From Planctomycetota bacterium (GTDB lineage: Bacteria; Planctomycetota; UBA8108; SXIK01): DNA of 64,000 nucleotides. This document shows, piece by piece, positions 1-10,187 of the stretch. The stretch covers positions 8,480,001 to 8,544,000 of the forward strand of contig OZ244999.1 of NCBI GenBank assembly GCA_965223265.1, in the 5' to 3' direction. The notes under the pieces are model-generated. The model was given only the letters and a program-made list of their open reading frames with translations. It did not search any database and was not told the DNA's origin. Both the position numbers and the translations under genes were made by a program. Position 1 is the stretch's first letter. Each line of letters begins with the position of its first letter.

Positions 1-1308
1 ACGGTGGGCGCCACGAATTCCGCGGCGCGCCCACTGTCTCCAGCGTTGGCGATCGGTGAGCGCATCGTAGAGCGCTGACCCGAGAGCTGCCCGATCGAGG
101 GGATCCACTAACGCACCGTTTTTGCAGTTCTTGACGATGTCTTGCGGTCCGCCATCGTTTGTGGCGACGATCGGCAGGCCGCTCGCCGCGGCCTCGATCA
201 GCGTCAGGCCGAAGGGCTCTGTGAGCGCGGGATTAACGAAGACGCCCTTTCTCTGTGCTACGAGGCGGTAGAGATCTGGGACGTCATCCGGGTCGTGGTG
301 CTTCGGGTAGGCGACGGATCCGTGGAGATCGTAGTCGTCGATCAGATGGATGACTTCCTCGAGCACCGCACGTGACTCGCGATCCATACCTTTAATCGTC
401 TCACGATTGCCGAGGACGATGACCAAATTGGCGAGCTTTCGGAGTTCGGAGTGCTCGCCGTAAGCGTGGATCAGCGTGCTGACGTTCTTGCGCGGATCGG
501 GGCGGCAGAGCGTCAGAATCGGCGGCTTTCCTGGGTTCTCCAGAAAACGGTCAACTTGCTGCTGAATCGCAGGTTTGGCCGAAAAGCGCGCTGGGGGATG
601 AAAGCGGTCCAAATCGACGCCGGGAGGAATCACGCGCATGCGGCTGGGGGCATAGTCGTCATAGAGACTGTACTGATCGTCGACTTCCTGCTGAGTGCTC
701 GCGATGACGCATGCAGCGTTGTCGAGTGCTGTCTCCTCGGCTTCGATGCGCGCACGCATGCGATACTGGCGCTCGATCGACTCGGCCGATACGCCTTTCT
801 CCATCAGTCGCATCCTCTTGACGCGACCGAGCGAGTGCCCAGTGTGGACGAGAGGCACACCCAAGTACCCCGAAAGGAGTGAGCCAACGTATCCGGCGTC
901 GGCATAGTGGCTGTGAATCACGTCGGGGATCTTGCGAACTCGCCGGAGGTACTTGAGAACTTCGTCGGCGAAGTCATCGAGATGTGGCCACAGAAGTTCT
1001 TTGCGGATGTAGCGTCTCGGGCCGCACGGTAAGCGGACGAGGTACGCATTCTCGCAAAGCTCCTCGCATTCTCGTGAGTAATCGGCATCAACTTTCTCGT
1101 CTTCGACCTTGCGCGTTAGAAGGTCGACACGCCCGACCTCAGGCCGTGCGGCGAGCGCTCGGGCGAGTTCGAGGACGTACTTCACCTGTCCGCCGGTGTC
1201 CGCGTCCCTGCCAAGCTCTGGCTCTAGGCTACGAATGAGTCCGTGGATGCTGATGAGCTGAATGTAGAGCCCTGGGGTTTCTGGGTCAGACGTTTCAGAG
1301 TCGACCAT
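1..1308 (-). CDS. Sucrose-phosphate synthase (GT4 glycosyltransferase), partial, runs off the left edge
   Basis: Not in the ORF track. Manual translation from ATG 1308 gives MVDSETSDPETPGLYIQLISIHGLIRSLEPELGRDADTGGQVKYVLELARAL and, near the window start, GVFVNPALTEPFGLTLIEAAASGLPIVATNDGGPQDIV; both are hallmark SPS motifs. AGAGGAG RBS upstream. Confidence 0.9.
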   Translation of the reverse strand, partial: MVDSETSDPETPGLYIQLISIHGLIRSLEPELGRDADTGGQVKYVLELARALAARPEVGRVDLLTRKVEDEKVDADYSRECEELCENAYLVRLPCGPRRYIRKELLWPHLDDFADEVLKYLRRVRKIPDVIHSHYADAGYVGSLLSGYLGVPLVHTGHSLGRVKRMRLMEKGVSAESIERQYRMRARIEAEETALDNAACVIASTQQEVDDQYSLYDDYAPSRMRVIPPGVDLDRFHPPARFSAKPAIQQQVDRFLENPGKPPILTLCRPDPRKNVSTLIHAYGEHSELRKLANLVIVLGNRETIKGMDRESRAVLEEVIHLIDDYDLHGSVAYPKHHDPDDVPDLYRLVAQRKGVFVNPALTEPFGLTLIEAAASGLPIVATNDGGPQDIVKNCKNGALVDPLDRAALGSALYDALTDRQRWRQWARRGIRGAHR

Positions 1309-1622
1309 GTTTGATTCGTTACTCCTCTATTCCCCAGGCTTCACCTCGGCCCCGTGACCGTTTCGTGTTGGCGGCTGCCACGCCACCGCTTTCGTTCACG
1401 ATCCGTGAATTCGATGCTCTCTGCGTTCACACGAGACGCACCAGCGTTTCGAACGCTGAGTCCGAGCATGACGCAAGACGGCGAAGCCCTTGCGCGTAGA
1501 CGATTGGTCAACGTCGACTATACTATCCGAACGACCTGACCCGCTCACGCCGAAATTCTCGCCGCCATCTTCCGAAGCGGCGCCACGTGTCGTTCGCAAA
1601 GTTCGATCAGGGAGTGTGAGAT

Positions 1623-3143
1623 GTGGATCGCCGGTGTCGAAACGAACAATTCGAGATCCTCCCGAGCAGAGGCCCCGTACAGACGAATGGTCCTCCCGTA
1701 CAGACGAAAGGTCATCGCCTCGTGATCGACTCAGCTATCGCGCGATTGTCTCGATTCTGCCGACTCTGCGTCGGCTTGTTTGCCGTCGCCGGCCTCATCC
1801 TGTCGCATGAATCGGCGTTCGCCAAAGAGGCCGCCTCACGACCCAATGTCGTTCTGATCATCTCCGACGATCAGGCGTGGAACGATTACGGGTTCATGGG
1901 CCACAAGGTCATTCGCACGCCGCGACTCGATCGTCTCGCTTCGGAGTCGGCGCTTTTCACGCGCGGCTATGTAGCGACCAGCCTTTGTCGACCATCTCTT
2001 GCCTCGATCATCACCGGCCTCTATGCCCACCAGCACCGGATCATCGGCAACGACCCATCGGTGCCGAAGGATCGCCCGAGGAATCCACGCCGGGACCCCG
2101 CCTATCTCAAGCGCTGCGACGAGATGATCAGCCTCATCGACAAGGTGCCGACGCTGCCCCGCCTCCTGTCGAAACGCGGTTATCTGAGCCACCAAAGCGG
2201 AAAGTGGTGGGAGGGAGACTTTTCGCGTGGCGGATTCACGCACGGCATGACGCACGGCGACCCAGCCCGCAAGGGTCGCCACGGCGACGAGGGGCTTAAG
2301 ATTGGTCGTGAGGGTATGGAGCCGATCAAGGAGTTCATCGACGCCGCTGGCGAGCGGCCGTTCTTCGTCTGGTACGCTCCATTCTTGCCACACAATCCGC
2401 ACAATCCACCTGAGCGTCTGCTGGCGAAATATCGATCTCCTGACCGCCACGAGAATCTGTCAAAGTACTACGCTATGTGCGAATGGTTCGACGAGACGTG
2501 CGGCGAGCTTCTCGACCATCTCGACCGGCGTGGTTTGACGCAAAGAACGCTCGTCATCTACATCACCGACAACGGCTGGATTCAACGCACACCAGAGACG
2601 CCGGTGCCGCCGAGCTGGCGCTGGAGCTACGCACCGCGCTCGAAGCTCTCTCCCTACGATGCTGGCGCACGCACGCCCGTCATGCTTCGCTGGCCTGGGA
2701 AGATTCAGCCGGCGCAGCATCAAGGACTTGTCACCTCGCTCGACATCGCGCCGACGATCCTGTCAGCATGCGGCATTGGGCCAGCCGCTGGGATGTCCGG
2801 CATCGATCTCCTCGAGGTGTGTGCGGGCAAAGCCAAATCACCGAACGCCGTTTTTGGCGAGCTCTTCGCTCATGATGTGATCGACATCGAGGATCCGAGC
2901 AAGACGCTTGTCTATCGGTGGTGCGTCACCGATCGATGGAAACTGATCTTGCCTGAGCGGGGCATCGCCGGAAGATATGACCCCGTATTTCAGCGCGGCG
3001 ACTTCACCCCCGAGCTCTTCGACATCCGTGCCGACCCGTTTGAGACACGAGACCTGGCGGCGAGTCATCCGGACGTGGTTTCGCGGCTCAAAGCAGAGAT
3101 CGATGCCTGGTGGCGACCGGGAGGCGGTCAAAGCGCGAAGTGA
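1623..3143 (+). CDS. Sulfatase (formylglycine-dependent, S1 family), secreted
   Basis: RPNVVLIISDDQ, SLCRPSLASIITGLY signature, ITDNGW, ELFDIRADPFETRDLA. Signal-peptide-like segment; true start probably downstream (~1722). Confidence 0.9.
   Translation: MDRRCRNEQFEILPSRGPVQTNGPPVQTKGHRLVIDSAIARLSRFCRLCVGLFAVAGLILSHESAFAKEAASRPNVVLIISDDQAWNDYGFMGHKVIRTPRLDRLASESALFTRGYVATSLCRPSLASIITGLYAHQHRIIGNDPSVPKDRPRNPRRDPAYLKRCDEMISLIDKVPTLPRLLSKRGYLSHQSGKWWEGDFSRGGFTHGMTHGDPARKGRHGDEGLKIGREGMEPIKEFIDAAGERPFFVWYAPFLPHNPHNPPERLLAKYRSPDRHENLSKYYAMCEWFDETCGELLDHLDRRGLTQRTLVIYITDNGWIQRTPETPVPPSWRWSYAPRSKLSPYDAGARTPVMLRWPGKIQPAQHQGLVTSLDIAPTILSACGIGPAAGMSGIDLLEVCAGKAKSPNAVFGELFAHDVIDIEDPSKTLVYRWCVTDRWKLILPERGIAGRYDPVFQRGDFTPELFDIRADPFETRDLAASHPDVVSRLKAEIDAWWRPGGGQSAK
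1674..1715. repeat. Tandem 21-bp direct repeat (2 copies)
   Basis: cccgtacagacgaatggtcct / cccgtacagacgaaaggtcat. Confidence 0.7.
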
Positions 3144-3177
3144 GGCTGTGATCGACAGGTAGTGGCTAAACTCTGCC

Positions 3178-3960
3178 TTAGAAATCGCGCGTGTAGCCAG
3201 CGGTCCAGCCGCCGTCGACCGTGACAATGTGGCCGTTCATGTAAGTATTCTCTGGATCGGCAAGGAAAAGCGCTGCGACGGCGATTTCGTCTGGCGTTGC
3301 CGGGCGTCCCAGCGGCACGTGGTCGAGCATCTGTTGGACGCGACTGTGAAACTTGCCGTCGTCGCCGTAGAAGAGCTTCCGGGTACCGTCGGTCAACGTC
3401 GACCCAGGCGCAATGCCGTTGACGAGAATGCCGTGTGCACCGAGCTCGATCGCCATCGCACGGGTCAAATTGACGACACCGGCCTTGGCGGCGACAAAGG
3501 CGCACTGCAAGCGAAGTGGGACGAGTCCAGCAATCGACGCGATGTTGATGATGCGGCCGCTCCCTTGCTTCCGCATGCCCTGGGAGACGATCCGGCTGAC
3601 CTCAAAAAGACCCGAGAGGTCGACAGCCAAGATGCGGTCCCACTCCTCGCGCGGAAACTGCTCCACTGTGACCCGATGCGCGAGCGTGTTGACGCCGGCA
3701 TTGTTGACCAGGATATCGAGCTTGCCGCATTCCTTGGCGATCGCCTCGACTGTGGCGGTGATCTGTGCTGAGTCGCGAACGTCCATCGCGCGCGCCTTGG
3801 CGTTCGGCCACTTAGACGCAGCGTTCGCCGCGTCGTCCGCGTCGAGATCGGTGTAGTAGACGACCGCACCCGAGTCCGCAAAGCGATCGGCGATCGCCTG
3901 GCCTATGCCGCGGGCGGCGCCTGTGACGAGCGCGACGTGACCGTCAAGATTGGATTGCAT
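3178..3960 (-). CDS. Short-chain dehydrogenase/reductase (SDR)
   Basis: TGAARGIG, ILVNNAGV, NIASIAG; catalytic position reads FVAAK instead of YxxxK; VDGG end. Start taken at MQSNLDG. Confidence 0.9.
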   Translation of the reverse strand: MQSNLDGHVALVTGAARGIGQAIADRFADSGAVVYYTDLDADDAANAASKWPNAKARAMDVRDSAQITATVEAIAKECGKLDILVNNAGVNTLAHRVTVEQFPREEWDRILAVDLSGLFEVSRIVSQGMRKQGSGRIINIASIAGLVPLRLQCAFVAAKAGVVNLTRAMAIELGAHGILVNGIAPGSTLTDGTRKLFYGDDGKFHSRVQQMLDHVPLGRPATPDEIAVAALFLADPENTYMNGHIVTVDGGWTAGYTRDF

Positions 3961-4090
3961 TGTCGATGGTCCTGTATCGATGATCGCTACGGCTGACACT
4001 GCCGCGTTTGGATGCGTCGACCCGTTGGTTGTGCCGGACGGAGTCCTTCAATTCTCGCCTGTCGTTGTTTAGGAGAATGAGGCTTGCGCC

Positions 4091-4648
4091 TTAGAGTATC
4101 TCACGGCCATGTTCTGCGGCGCGTTTCTGCTGATAGGCAGCGCGGATGTCGCACTCTCGAATGCGTCCGGTCCTGCCACTTCCTTGCACCCGTCGCCAAT
4201 CGACGCCGAGCTGTGCCGAAAGGCGTGCTGCTCGCGGACTGATGGTGATGCCGTCGCGCTCCAGTGGGGTCCTCGCACGCGCTGGTCGCTGCTGCATCGC
4301 ATCGACCGCGGGAGTCTTCTCTGGTTGCACGACGACGTGATCATTCGCGGCGGAACTGACGCTGGCAGTCGCCTCCGCGGTCGGTAAGCTCGGCGCTTCT
4401 TCCCCAGGGGCAACGATGAATGCGATCACCTGTCCAACGCGCACGATCTCACCGCCGCGCGGAGAGCCCGGTGGCAAGCGGAGCACACCTGAGTCGTTCG
4501 CTTCGATCTCTTCGGTCGACTTTTCGCCCTCCAGAAGAAAGAGCGGTTCCCCGGCGACCACCGCATCGCCGTCCTGCTTGAGCCATTCGACGAACGTCCC
4601 TTCTTCCATGGTCCAGCCGAGGCGCGGTACGAGAATTTCATTGGCCAT
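4091..4648 (-). CDS. Lipoyl domain + E3-binding (PSBD) protein; E2-like but lacking the acyltransferase domain
   Basis: MANEILVPRLGWTMEEGTFVEWLK...EGEKSTEEIEA (lipoyl-Lys), Ala/Pro linker, ISPRAARLSAQLGVDWRRVQGSGRTGRIRECDI, then stop. Confidence 0.85.
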   Translation of the reverse strand: MANEILVPRLGWTMEEGTFVEWLKQDGDAVVAGEPLFLLEGEKSTEEIEANDSGVLRLPPGSPRGGEIVRVGQVIAFIVAPGEEAPSLPTAEATASVSSAANDHVVVQPEKTPAVDAMQQRPARARTPLERDGITISPRAARLSAQLGVDWRRVQGSGRTGRIRECDIRAAYQQKRAAEHGREIL

Positions 4649-4840
4649 TTTTTGCTCTGCTTTCCGGGGCCGCCTTCTTTGTTTCCATTCTCTCAAGTTA
4701 TCAAGGAACTGTCGATCGTGACAACGGCGTGTCACGTCGCCGGACACGCCGACAGCAAGAGTGCGCCGATTCTTGTGGACTCGCAACACCGCCGAAACGC
4801 CAGACAGGGAGTGATGCCAGCGAGTTCGAGTTTCCTCGGC

Positions 4841-4994
4841 CTAGGTTTTTGCCCGGGAAAAACTCTCCGTGTGGCGAAACGGGGGTAGAATCGCGACGTT
4901 CGCGATCCTTCTGCGGAGGGTGGACGTACCTCTTAGCGGCAATCGGGCGAAGCGCGAGTCGAAACCCGAATGGAGTTTTCCAACGAGCCGCTAG
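4841..4994. mobile_element. Degenerate MITE-like element
   Basis: CTAG at both ends; inner inverted ends ggaaaaactc / gagttttcc; right end ttttccaacgagccgctag resembles the ends of the other MITE-like copies. Confidence 0.4.
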
Positions 4995-5064
4995 GCTAGT
5001 CGGCTGTTAGCTCGAATTCGGCTATTTCGCGTTGGATTGACCAGAAGAGCGTACCGGGGCTCCT

Positions 5065-8000
5065 ATGCTTTTTGGACTCTCCGTTACCCATAGAAATCGG
5101 TTGAGAGTCCCGTCGGTGATGCTGCTCGTTACTGCCGCTGTCGTCGCGACCGACTTGGCGCGGCAATCCTTCGCTCAGACCGTCACCGAGATTCACTACC
5201 ACCCACCGGAGGGTGAGGAAGAGCTCGAGTTTATCGAGATCACGAACGAATACTCCGGACCGCAAGACCTCTCGGGTTTCGCGTTCGTCGAAGGGATTCG
5301 GTTCGTCCTACCACCGGGGACCGTGCTGCGTGGCGGTGAGTCACTCGTTGTGTGCGCCGATGCAGAGGCGGTACGCACTCGCTATGGCATCGACAATGTT
5401 GTTGGTGACTTCGAGGGCCGGTTGGACTCTGGCGGTGAGCGTGTGACTCTCGTCAATCACGTTGGCGTGGTCGTGCTGACACTGCGCTACGATGACGACG
5501 GCAAGTGGCCGCTTGCACCTGACGGCGCCGGGCACACACTCGAGCTACGCAAGATCTATCTCGACCCTTCAGAGCCGGAGAGTTGGCGACAGAGTTTCGA
5601 TCTGGGCGGCACACCTGGACGCTTTGACTCGCCCCTCCTGCGGCCAGACGTACCGCCGCCTGAGGTGCACATTGATCACGGCGATTTATGGCGCTTCGCC
5701 AAGGGGACGGCGCCGTTTTCTACGCCCACCGACGGTTGGCGGCAGATCGACTTCGACGATTCTTCCTGGCTCGTCGGTGCTTCCCCGTTCGCCGGGCCAG
5801 ACGTCGAGGTAGAACCTCTCGGAACGCTTCTCGACGATATGGTCGACAGTTATACCGGACTCGCCGTGCGGCACCGATTCTTCGTCGAAGCCGGCGAGAT
5901 CGCGTCGCATCGATTCTTCTTGGCGATCTCTTACGACGACGGATTCTGCGCCTTCCTCAACGGCGAGGAGTTTGCGCGATCGAATTGCCCGCTGGACCCG
6001 ACGTTCGAGAGTCGCGCTGCGGGCAGTCATGTTGCCGATGTTGAAGAACGCTTCTTCGTTCCACCAAGTTTGCTTCGCGGCGGCGAGAACGTCATCGCCG
6101 TGCAAGGCCTGAATGTATCCCGGCGGCAAGGTGATTTTGTTCTGGCGCCTCGACTGACCAAGGAGTCGACCTCGCCCGGTGAGACCGTCCTCGTCGATCA
6201 CGGGCATCGATGGCGATTCGCGAAGGGGACAGGCCCGTTTTCAGAGCCGAACGACGCTTGGTTGGATCCCGACTTTGATGACAGCGGCTGGTTGAGTGGA
6301 CGCTCCAGTTTCGGTTTCGGCGATGAGGAGCACGCAACGGTGCTCGACGACATGCGGGGCAACTACACGTCGATCGCACTGCGGACGAGTTTTGAATGGA
6401 CGGAGGAACTCGATCAACAGGACGGGGACCTTCTGCTCTTGGTTGACTACGACGACGGATTCTGTGCCTTCCTCAACGGCACGTTTGTCGGACGCGACGG
6501 GTGCCCCGAGGAGGTCGCGTGGAACTCTGTTGCCACGCGGGTACGGGAGGCCGGCGAGGTGACGGCGGTTCTATTGCCGCGCAAGCTTCTGCGCCTCGGA
6601 AGCAATTGGCTGTCGCTCGTCGGCGTCAATACCTCGCGCGCTGGCGATGATTTTAGCCTGACCCCGCGTCTGATGTTTCGCCGTTCCAGCTCACCTCCAA
6701 CACTGCCGGAATTCCCGGTGGTGTTCAACGAGCTGCAGCGCGGCAGCGCCGCCGACGGCGGCTGGGTTGAGCTGTACAACACTGCTTCCGAAGCCGTCGA
6801 CCTGAGCGGACTGCAGCTTGCTCGCGATCCAGACAGCACCGCACCGTTCGTGTTTGCTCCCGGTGAGAGTATCGAGGGCGGCGGCTTTCTTGTCGTGGCG
6901 GCGGCGGGCGCTGGGCTGGACTTGGGGCCGGGCGCTGAGACGGTGCAGCTATTTGTGTGGAACGAAGACGGGCTCGTCGTTGCAGCGGCGTCGTTCGACC
7001 ATGCCGCCGCGATCAATGACCCCGCCGGAGTCACGGAGGCGCTCTTTCCCGACGGCGGTGGCAGGGCGTGGGCTACCACGACGCCGACACCGGGGAGCGC
7101 GAACGAAATCGATCGCGTCGCAGACTTGGTGATTCACGAGATCTTTTATCACCCACCGCTCGAGCGGGAGGGGGAGTTCATCGAGCTGTTTCACCGCGGT
7201 TCGGTGCCGCTCGATATCTCAGGCTTTCGCTTCACGAAGGGGATCGAGTTCACTTTTCCGGGTGGTACTATCGTCGCCCCCGGTGATTTCGTCGTCATTG
7301 CGAAGCAGCCGGAGAACCTCGAGCGAACGTACAGCCTGACCGGTGTCTACGGGCCTTTCGACGGTGTCCTCGCTGACGCCGGGGAGAACGTGCGACTGGT
7401 CGATCGACTCGGGAATCTAGTTGACGAAGTGCGCTACTTCGATAGCGGTCGTTGGCCTGACCTTGCCGACGGCCGCGGTTCGAGCCTGGAGCTCGTCGAC
7501 CCACGGCAGGACAACGATCACCCTTCAGCGTGGGCGGCGAGTGATGAAACTGGGAAGGCCGAATGGGAACAGTTCACATTTGCGGCGAACGACCTCCGTG
7601 TCTCCCGTGGGCCGGACCTCAACTTGTATATGGGATCACGCGGCGTCTGTCTCGTTGACGACATCAGGCTCGTACGCCGCGGCACGACGCGAAATCTTGT
7701 CCCGAATCCAAGCTTCGAGCGTGGCGTCGAGCCATGGCGAGCTCTTGGAACGCACGTCGAGTCTGAAGTCGTCTCGGGCGATGCGCCCGCTGGGGACGCG
7801 GCACTGCGCGTCGTGGCCACCGGTAAGGGAAATCCACGCTGCAACCGCGTCGAGATCGAACTCGACGAGCGACTGGTCGACGGTAGCTTCGACGTTTCGC
7901 TCTGGGCAAAGTGGCAGAGCGGAAGCTCGCTCCTGCTTTTCGAGAGCGACTATGCCGCTGGGCCGTACCGGTCGCCGTTTGAAAACGGCGGTATGAACGC

Positions 8001-10080
8001 AAACATGTCTGCGACTCCGATCGCTGCTCGACTGCGTGTCGCGGTACCGCTCGATTTGGGTACACCCGGTGCTGAGAATTCTGTCAGTCGACAGCTCCGA
8101 CTTGCGACCGGGGAGGTTAACCTCGGTCCAATCATCCGCGATGTGCGGCATGTTCCAGTTTCGCCACTGCCGAATGCATCGGTGACTGTTTTTGCGGCGA
8201 TCTCTGATGCCGATGGGGTGGGGCGCGTCGAGGTGTTCTACCGCGATGAAGAAGAGGATCAACAGCAGGGCGATGGATTCGCTGCGGTGGCAATGGTTCC
8301 GGTGAGTGCAGCCGACGACACAGGAGCCCAGATCTATGCTGCCGAGATCCCAGCGGTTTCGTTTCCGACAACCAAGAGCTTCTATATCGAAGCGGTCGAC
8401 TCCCTCGGTAGTGTCGAACGCTTTCCCGTCGATGCGCCTGACCGTCGCTGTGTCTACCGAGTCAAAGGGTTCGATAGTGAGCGGGTGCGCGTTCTCCTGA
8501 CTGATGAGGCCGACTTCGATCTCTTCTCACGTCACATATCATCGAATCGCCGTGTCGATGCGACGTTCAGCCTCGATGACGAGCGTGTCATGTACAACGT
8601 TCAGCTGCGTTATCGCGGGAGCCCATGGGGACGAACCGTTCGCGAAGGACTCCGCGTTCGCTTCGGCGGTGATGATGCGCTGATTTTTGGGCGCAAGAAC
8701 GTCAACCTCACCATCCGCGACCGACTCGATAGTGTTGGGTACCTTCTTACGGGACACGCCGGTACGGCTGAGAAACGTGTCCTGGTTTCGAACTATCGGT
8801 TTCTTTCGGCGCGCTTTCGGGGCGCTCGCATGGGCATGGCGGGGTTGTTCGAGCCGTTCGACCGCACACTCGCGGAGGCGTGGTACGGCAAGGATGCGGC
8901 GTCGCGTGCCGTTTTCCTCAAAGGGAACGGCCGCATGCATTACGACAACGACTGCGTGTTCACGTTCTGGGACGGCGCCAGTCTTGTCTACCGCGGCGAG
9001 GAAGCGGTGGACTATCGCTTCTACTATGAGCATTCCGCGAACCAGGAGCGTGATGAATGGAGCTCGTTCGCCGATCTGACTCGGGTCATGGATCGAGAGG
9101 TTACGTCGGACGAGGAGTTCGATCGACTCGTGGACTCCGTTCTCGATGTCGAAACTTTTCTCCGCGCCGTCGGTGCGCGCGCTCTCATGGGAGGCGGCGA
9201 TGCTCTCCTCGTCCACACCGGACACAATGGTTTCATGGTGCGGGACCCGAACGACGGTCTCTGGGAGCATGCCCCGTTTGACTACGGCGGCGGTGCCGTC
9301 AACCCGACGACGGCGCTTCTCGAGATGCGCGAACCGAACGTTCAGCGACTGCTCGAGCGGACACCGATTCAAAGACGCTACTTGCAGATTCTCCACGAGT
9401 TCGTCAGCGGGTACCTCTCGAGTGATTCGCTGCGGATCTATGTCGAAGCGCTGGTCGAAGACATCGGGATCGGCGGCGACGAGCTGAGACGGTTCATCTC
9501 CGGCAGCCGAACACAGGTAGCGGAGTGGCTCGGGCAGTTCACGGCTGTGCCGCTGCGGATCCTGACGAATGACGGGGAGAATTATGTCGCGCCGTCGTCA
9601 AGCATCGACCTTGAAGGCGAGGCGCCGATCGACGTCGCGGCTCTTTTCCTACGCCGAGGTGGTGAGGCGGCGAGGCCGTTGGACATCGTCTGGCTGACGT
9701 CAACGCAGTGGCGCGCCTCGCTGCAGCTCGAGACCGGACCGAACGTCTTCGAGATCACCGGGGAAGACTCGTCCGGCGCCGTCACCGGAGCGGCGTCGAT
9801 CACGATCACACTCGGATCGGAGTCAACGTTTCGACGTGGCGACGTCAACGACGACGGCCGCTTCAACGTCTCGGACCCTTTGCGAACGATCCTCTTTCTC
9901 TTTCGAGGCCAGCCGCTTTTGTGTCTCGACGCTGCCGACGTCGATGACAACGGCGAGGTCGATCTCAGCGACGCCATCGCGGAGCTCAACTTCTTGTTCC
10001 GACGTGGAGAACCCCCTGCTGCGCCATATCCGAATGCCGGACCGGATACGAGCGCCGACACTCTCGGCTGCGTTCGCTGA
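5065..10080 (+). CDS. Secreted multidomain protein: lamin-tail domains, jelly-roll/CBM-like modules, CotH-like kinase domain, Ig-like domain, C-terminal dockerin
   Basis: Signal peptide (..SFAQ); TEIHYHP..EFIEI and HEIFYHP..EFIEL (LTD); two DDGFCAFLNG modules; LRYRGSPWGR and DALLVHTGHNGF..WEHAPFDY (CotH-like); FRRGDVNDDGRFNVSD..CLDAADVDDNGEVDLSD (dockerin). Confidence 0.85.
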   Translation: MLFGLSVTHRNRLRVPSVMLLVTAAVVATDLARQSFAQTVTEIHYHPPEGEEELEFIEITNEYSGPQDLSGFAFVEGIRFVLPPGTVLRGGESLVVCADAEAVRTRYGIDNVVGDFEGRLDSGGERVTLVNHVGVVVLTLRYDDDGKWPLAPDGAGHTLELRKIYLDPSEPESWRQSFDLGGTPGRFDSPLLRPDVPPPEVHIDHGDLWRFAKGTAPFSTPTDGWRQIDFDDSSWLVGASPFAGPDVEVEPLGTLLDDMVDSYTGLAVRHRFFVEAGEIASHRFFLAISYDDGFCAFLNGEEFARSNCPLDPTFESRAAGSHVADVEERFFVPPSLLRGGENVIAVQGLNVSRRQGDFVLAPRLTKESTSPGETVLVDHGHRWRFAKGTGPFSEPNDAWLDPDFDDSGWLSGRSSFGFGDEEHATVLDDMRGNYTSIALRTSFEWTEELDQQDGDLLLLVDYDDGFCAFLNGTFVGRDGCPEEVAWNSVATRVREAGEVTAVLLPRKLLRLGSNWLSLVGVNTSRAGDDFSLTPRLMFRRSSSPPTLPEFPVVFNELQRGSAADGGWVELYNTASEAVDLSGLQLARDPDSTAPFVFAPGESIEGGGFLVVAAAGAGLDLGPGAETVQLFVWNEDGLVVAAASFDHAAAINDPAGVTEALFPDGGGRAWATTTPTPGSANEIDRVADLVIHEIFYHPPLEREGEFIELFHRGSVPLDISGFRFTKGIEFTFPGGTIVAPGDFVVIAKQPENLERTYSLTGVYGPFDGVLADAGENVRLVDRLGNLVDEVRYFDSGRWPDLADGRGSSLELVDPRQDNDHPSAWAASDETGKAEWEQFTFAANDLRVSRGPDLNLYMGSRGVCLVDDIRLVRRGTTRNLVPNPSFERGVEPWRALGTHVESEVVSGDAPAGDAALRVVATGKGNPRCNRVEIELDERLVDGSFDVSLWAKWQSGSSLLLFESDYAAGPYRSPFENGGMNANMSATPIAARLRVAVPLDLGTPGAENSVSRQLRLATGEVNLGPIIRDVRHVPVSPLPNASVTVFAAISDADGVGRVEVFYRDEEEDQQQGDGFAAVAMVPVSAADDTGAQIYAAEIPAVSFPTTKSFYIEAVDSLGSVERFPVDAPDRRCVYRVKGFDSERVRVLLTDEADFDLFSRHISSNRRVDATFSLDDERVMYNVQLRYRGSPWGRTVREGLRVRFGGDDALIFGRKNVNLTIRDRLDSVGYLLTGHAGTAEKRVLVSNYRFLSARFRGARMGMAGLFEPFDRTLAEAWYGKDAASRAVFLKGNGRMHYDNDCVFTFWDGASLVYRGEEAVDYRFYYEHSANQERDEWSSFADLTRVMDREVTSDEEFDRLVDSVLDVETFLRAVGARALMGGGDALLVHTGHNGFMVRDPNDGLWEHAPFDYGGGAVNPTTALLEMREPNVQRLLERTPIQRRYLQILHEFVSGYLSSDSLRIYVEALVEDIGIGGDELRRFISGSRTQVAEWLGQFTAVPLRILTNDGENYVAPSSSIDLEGEAPIDVAALFLRRGGEAARPLDIVWLTSTQWRASLQLETGPNVFEITGEDSSGAVTGAASITITLGSESTFRRGDVNDDGRFNVSDPLRTILFLFRGQPLLCLDAADVDDNGEVDLSDAIAELNFLFRRGEPPAAPYPNAGPDTSADTLGCVR

Positions 10081-10147
10081 GTCGTCGGCCGCTCGCGAGA
10101 CGGAGACGGACTCAGCACGACAAGAAAAACGCCGAGGGCGCAGAGGC

Positions 10148-10187
10148 GCAGAGAGCTGCAGAGAACTGCAGAGAACTGCAGAGAACG
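10148..10187. repeat. Tandem 10-bp repeat GCAGAGAACT, about 4 copies, in a purine-rich region between convergent genes
   Basis: gcagagagct gcagagaact gcagagaact gcagagaacg, preceded by gcgcagag. Confidence 0.8.

Noticed and set aside
142-1238. Plus-strand short ORFs from the track
   Set aside because: They are antisense to the sucrose-phosphate synthase gene.
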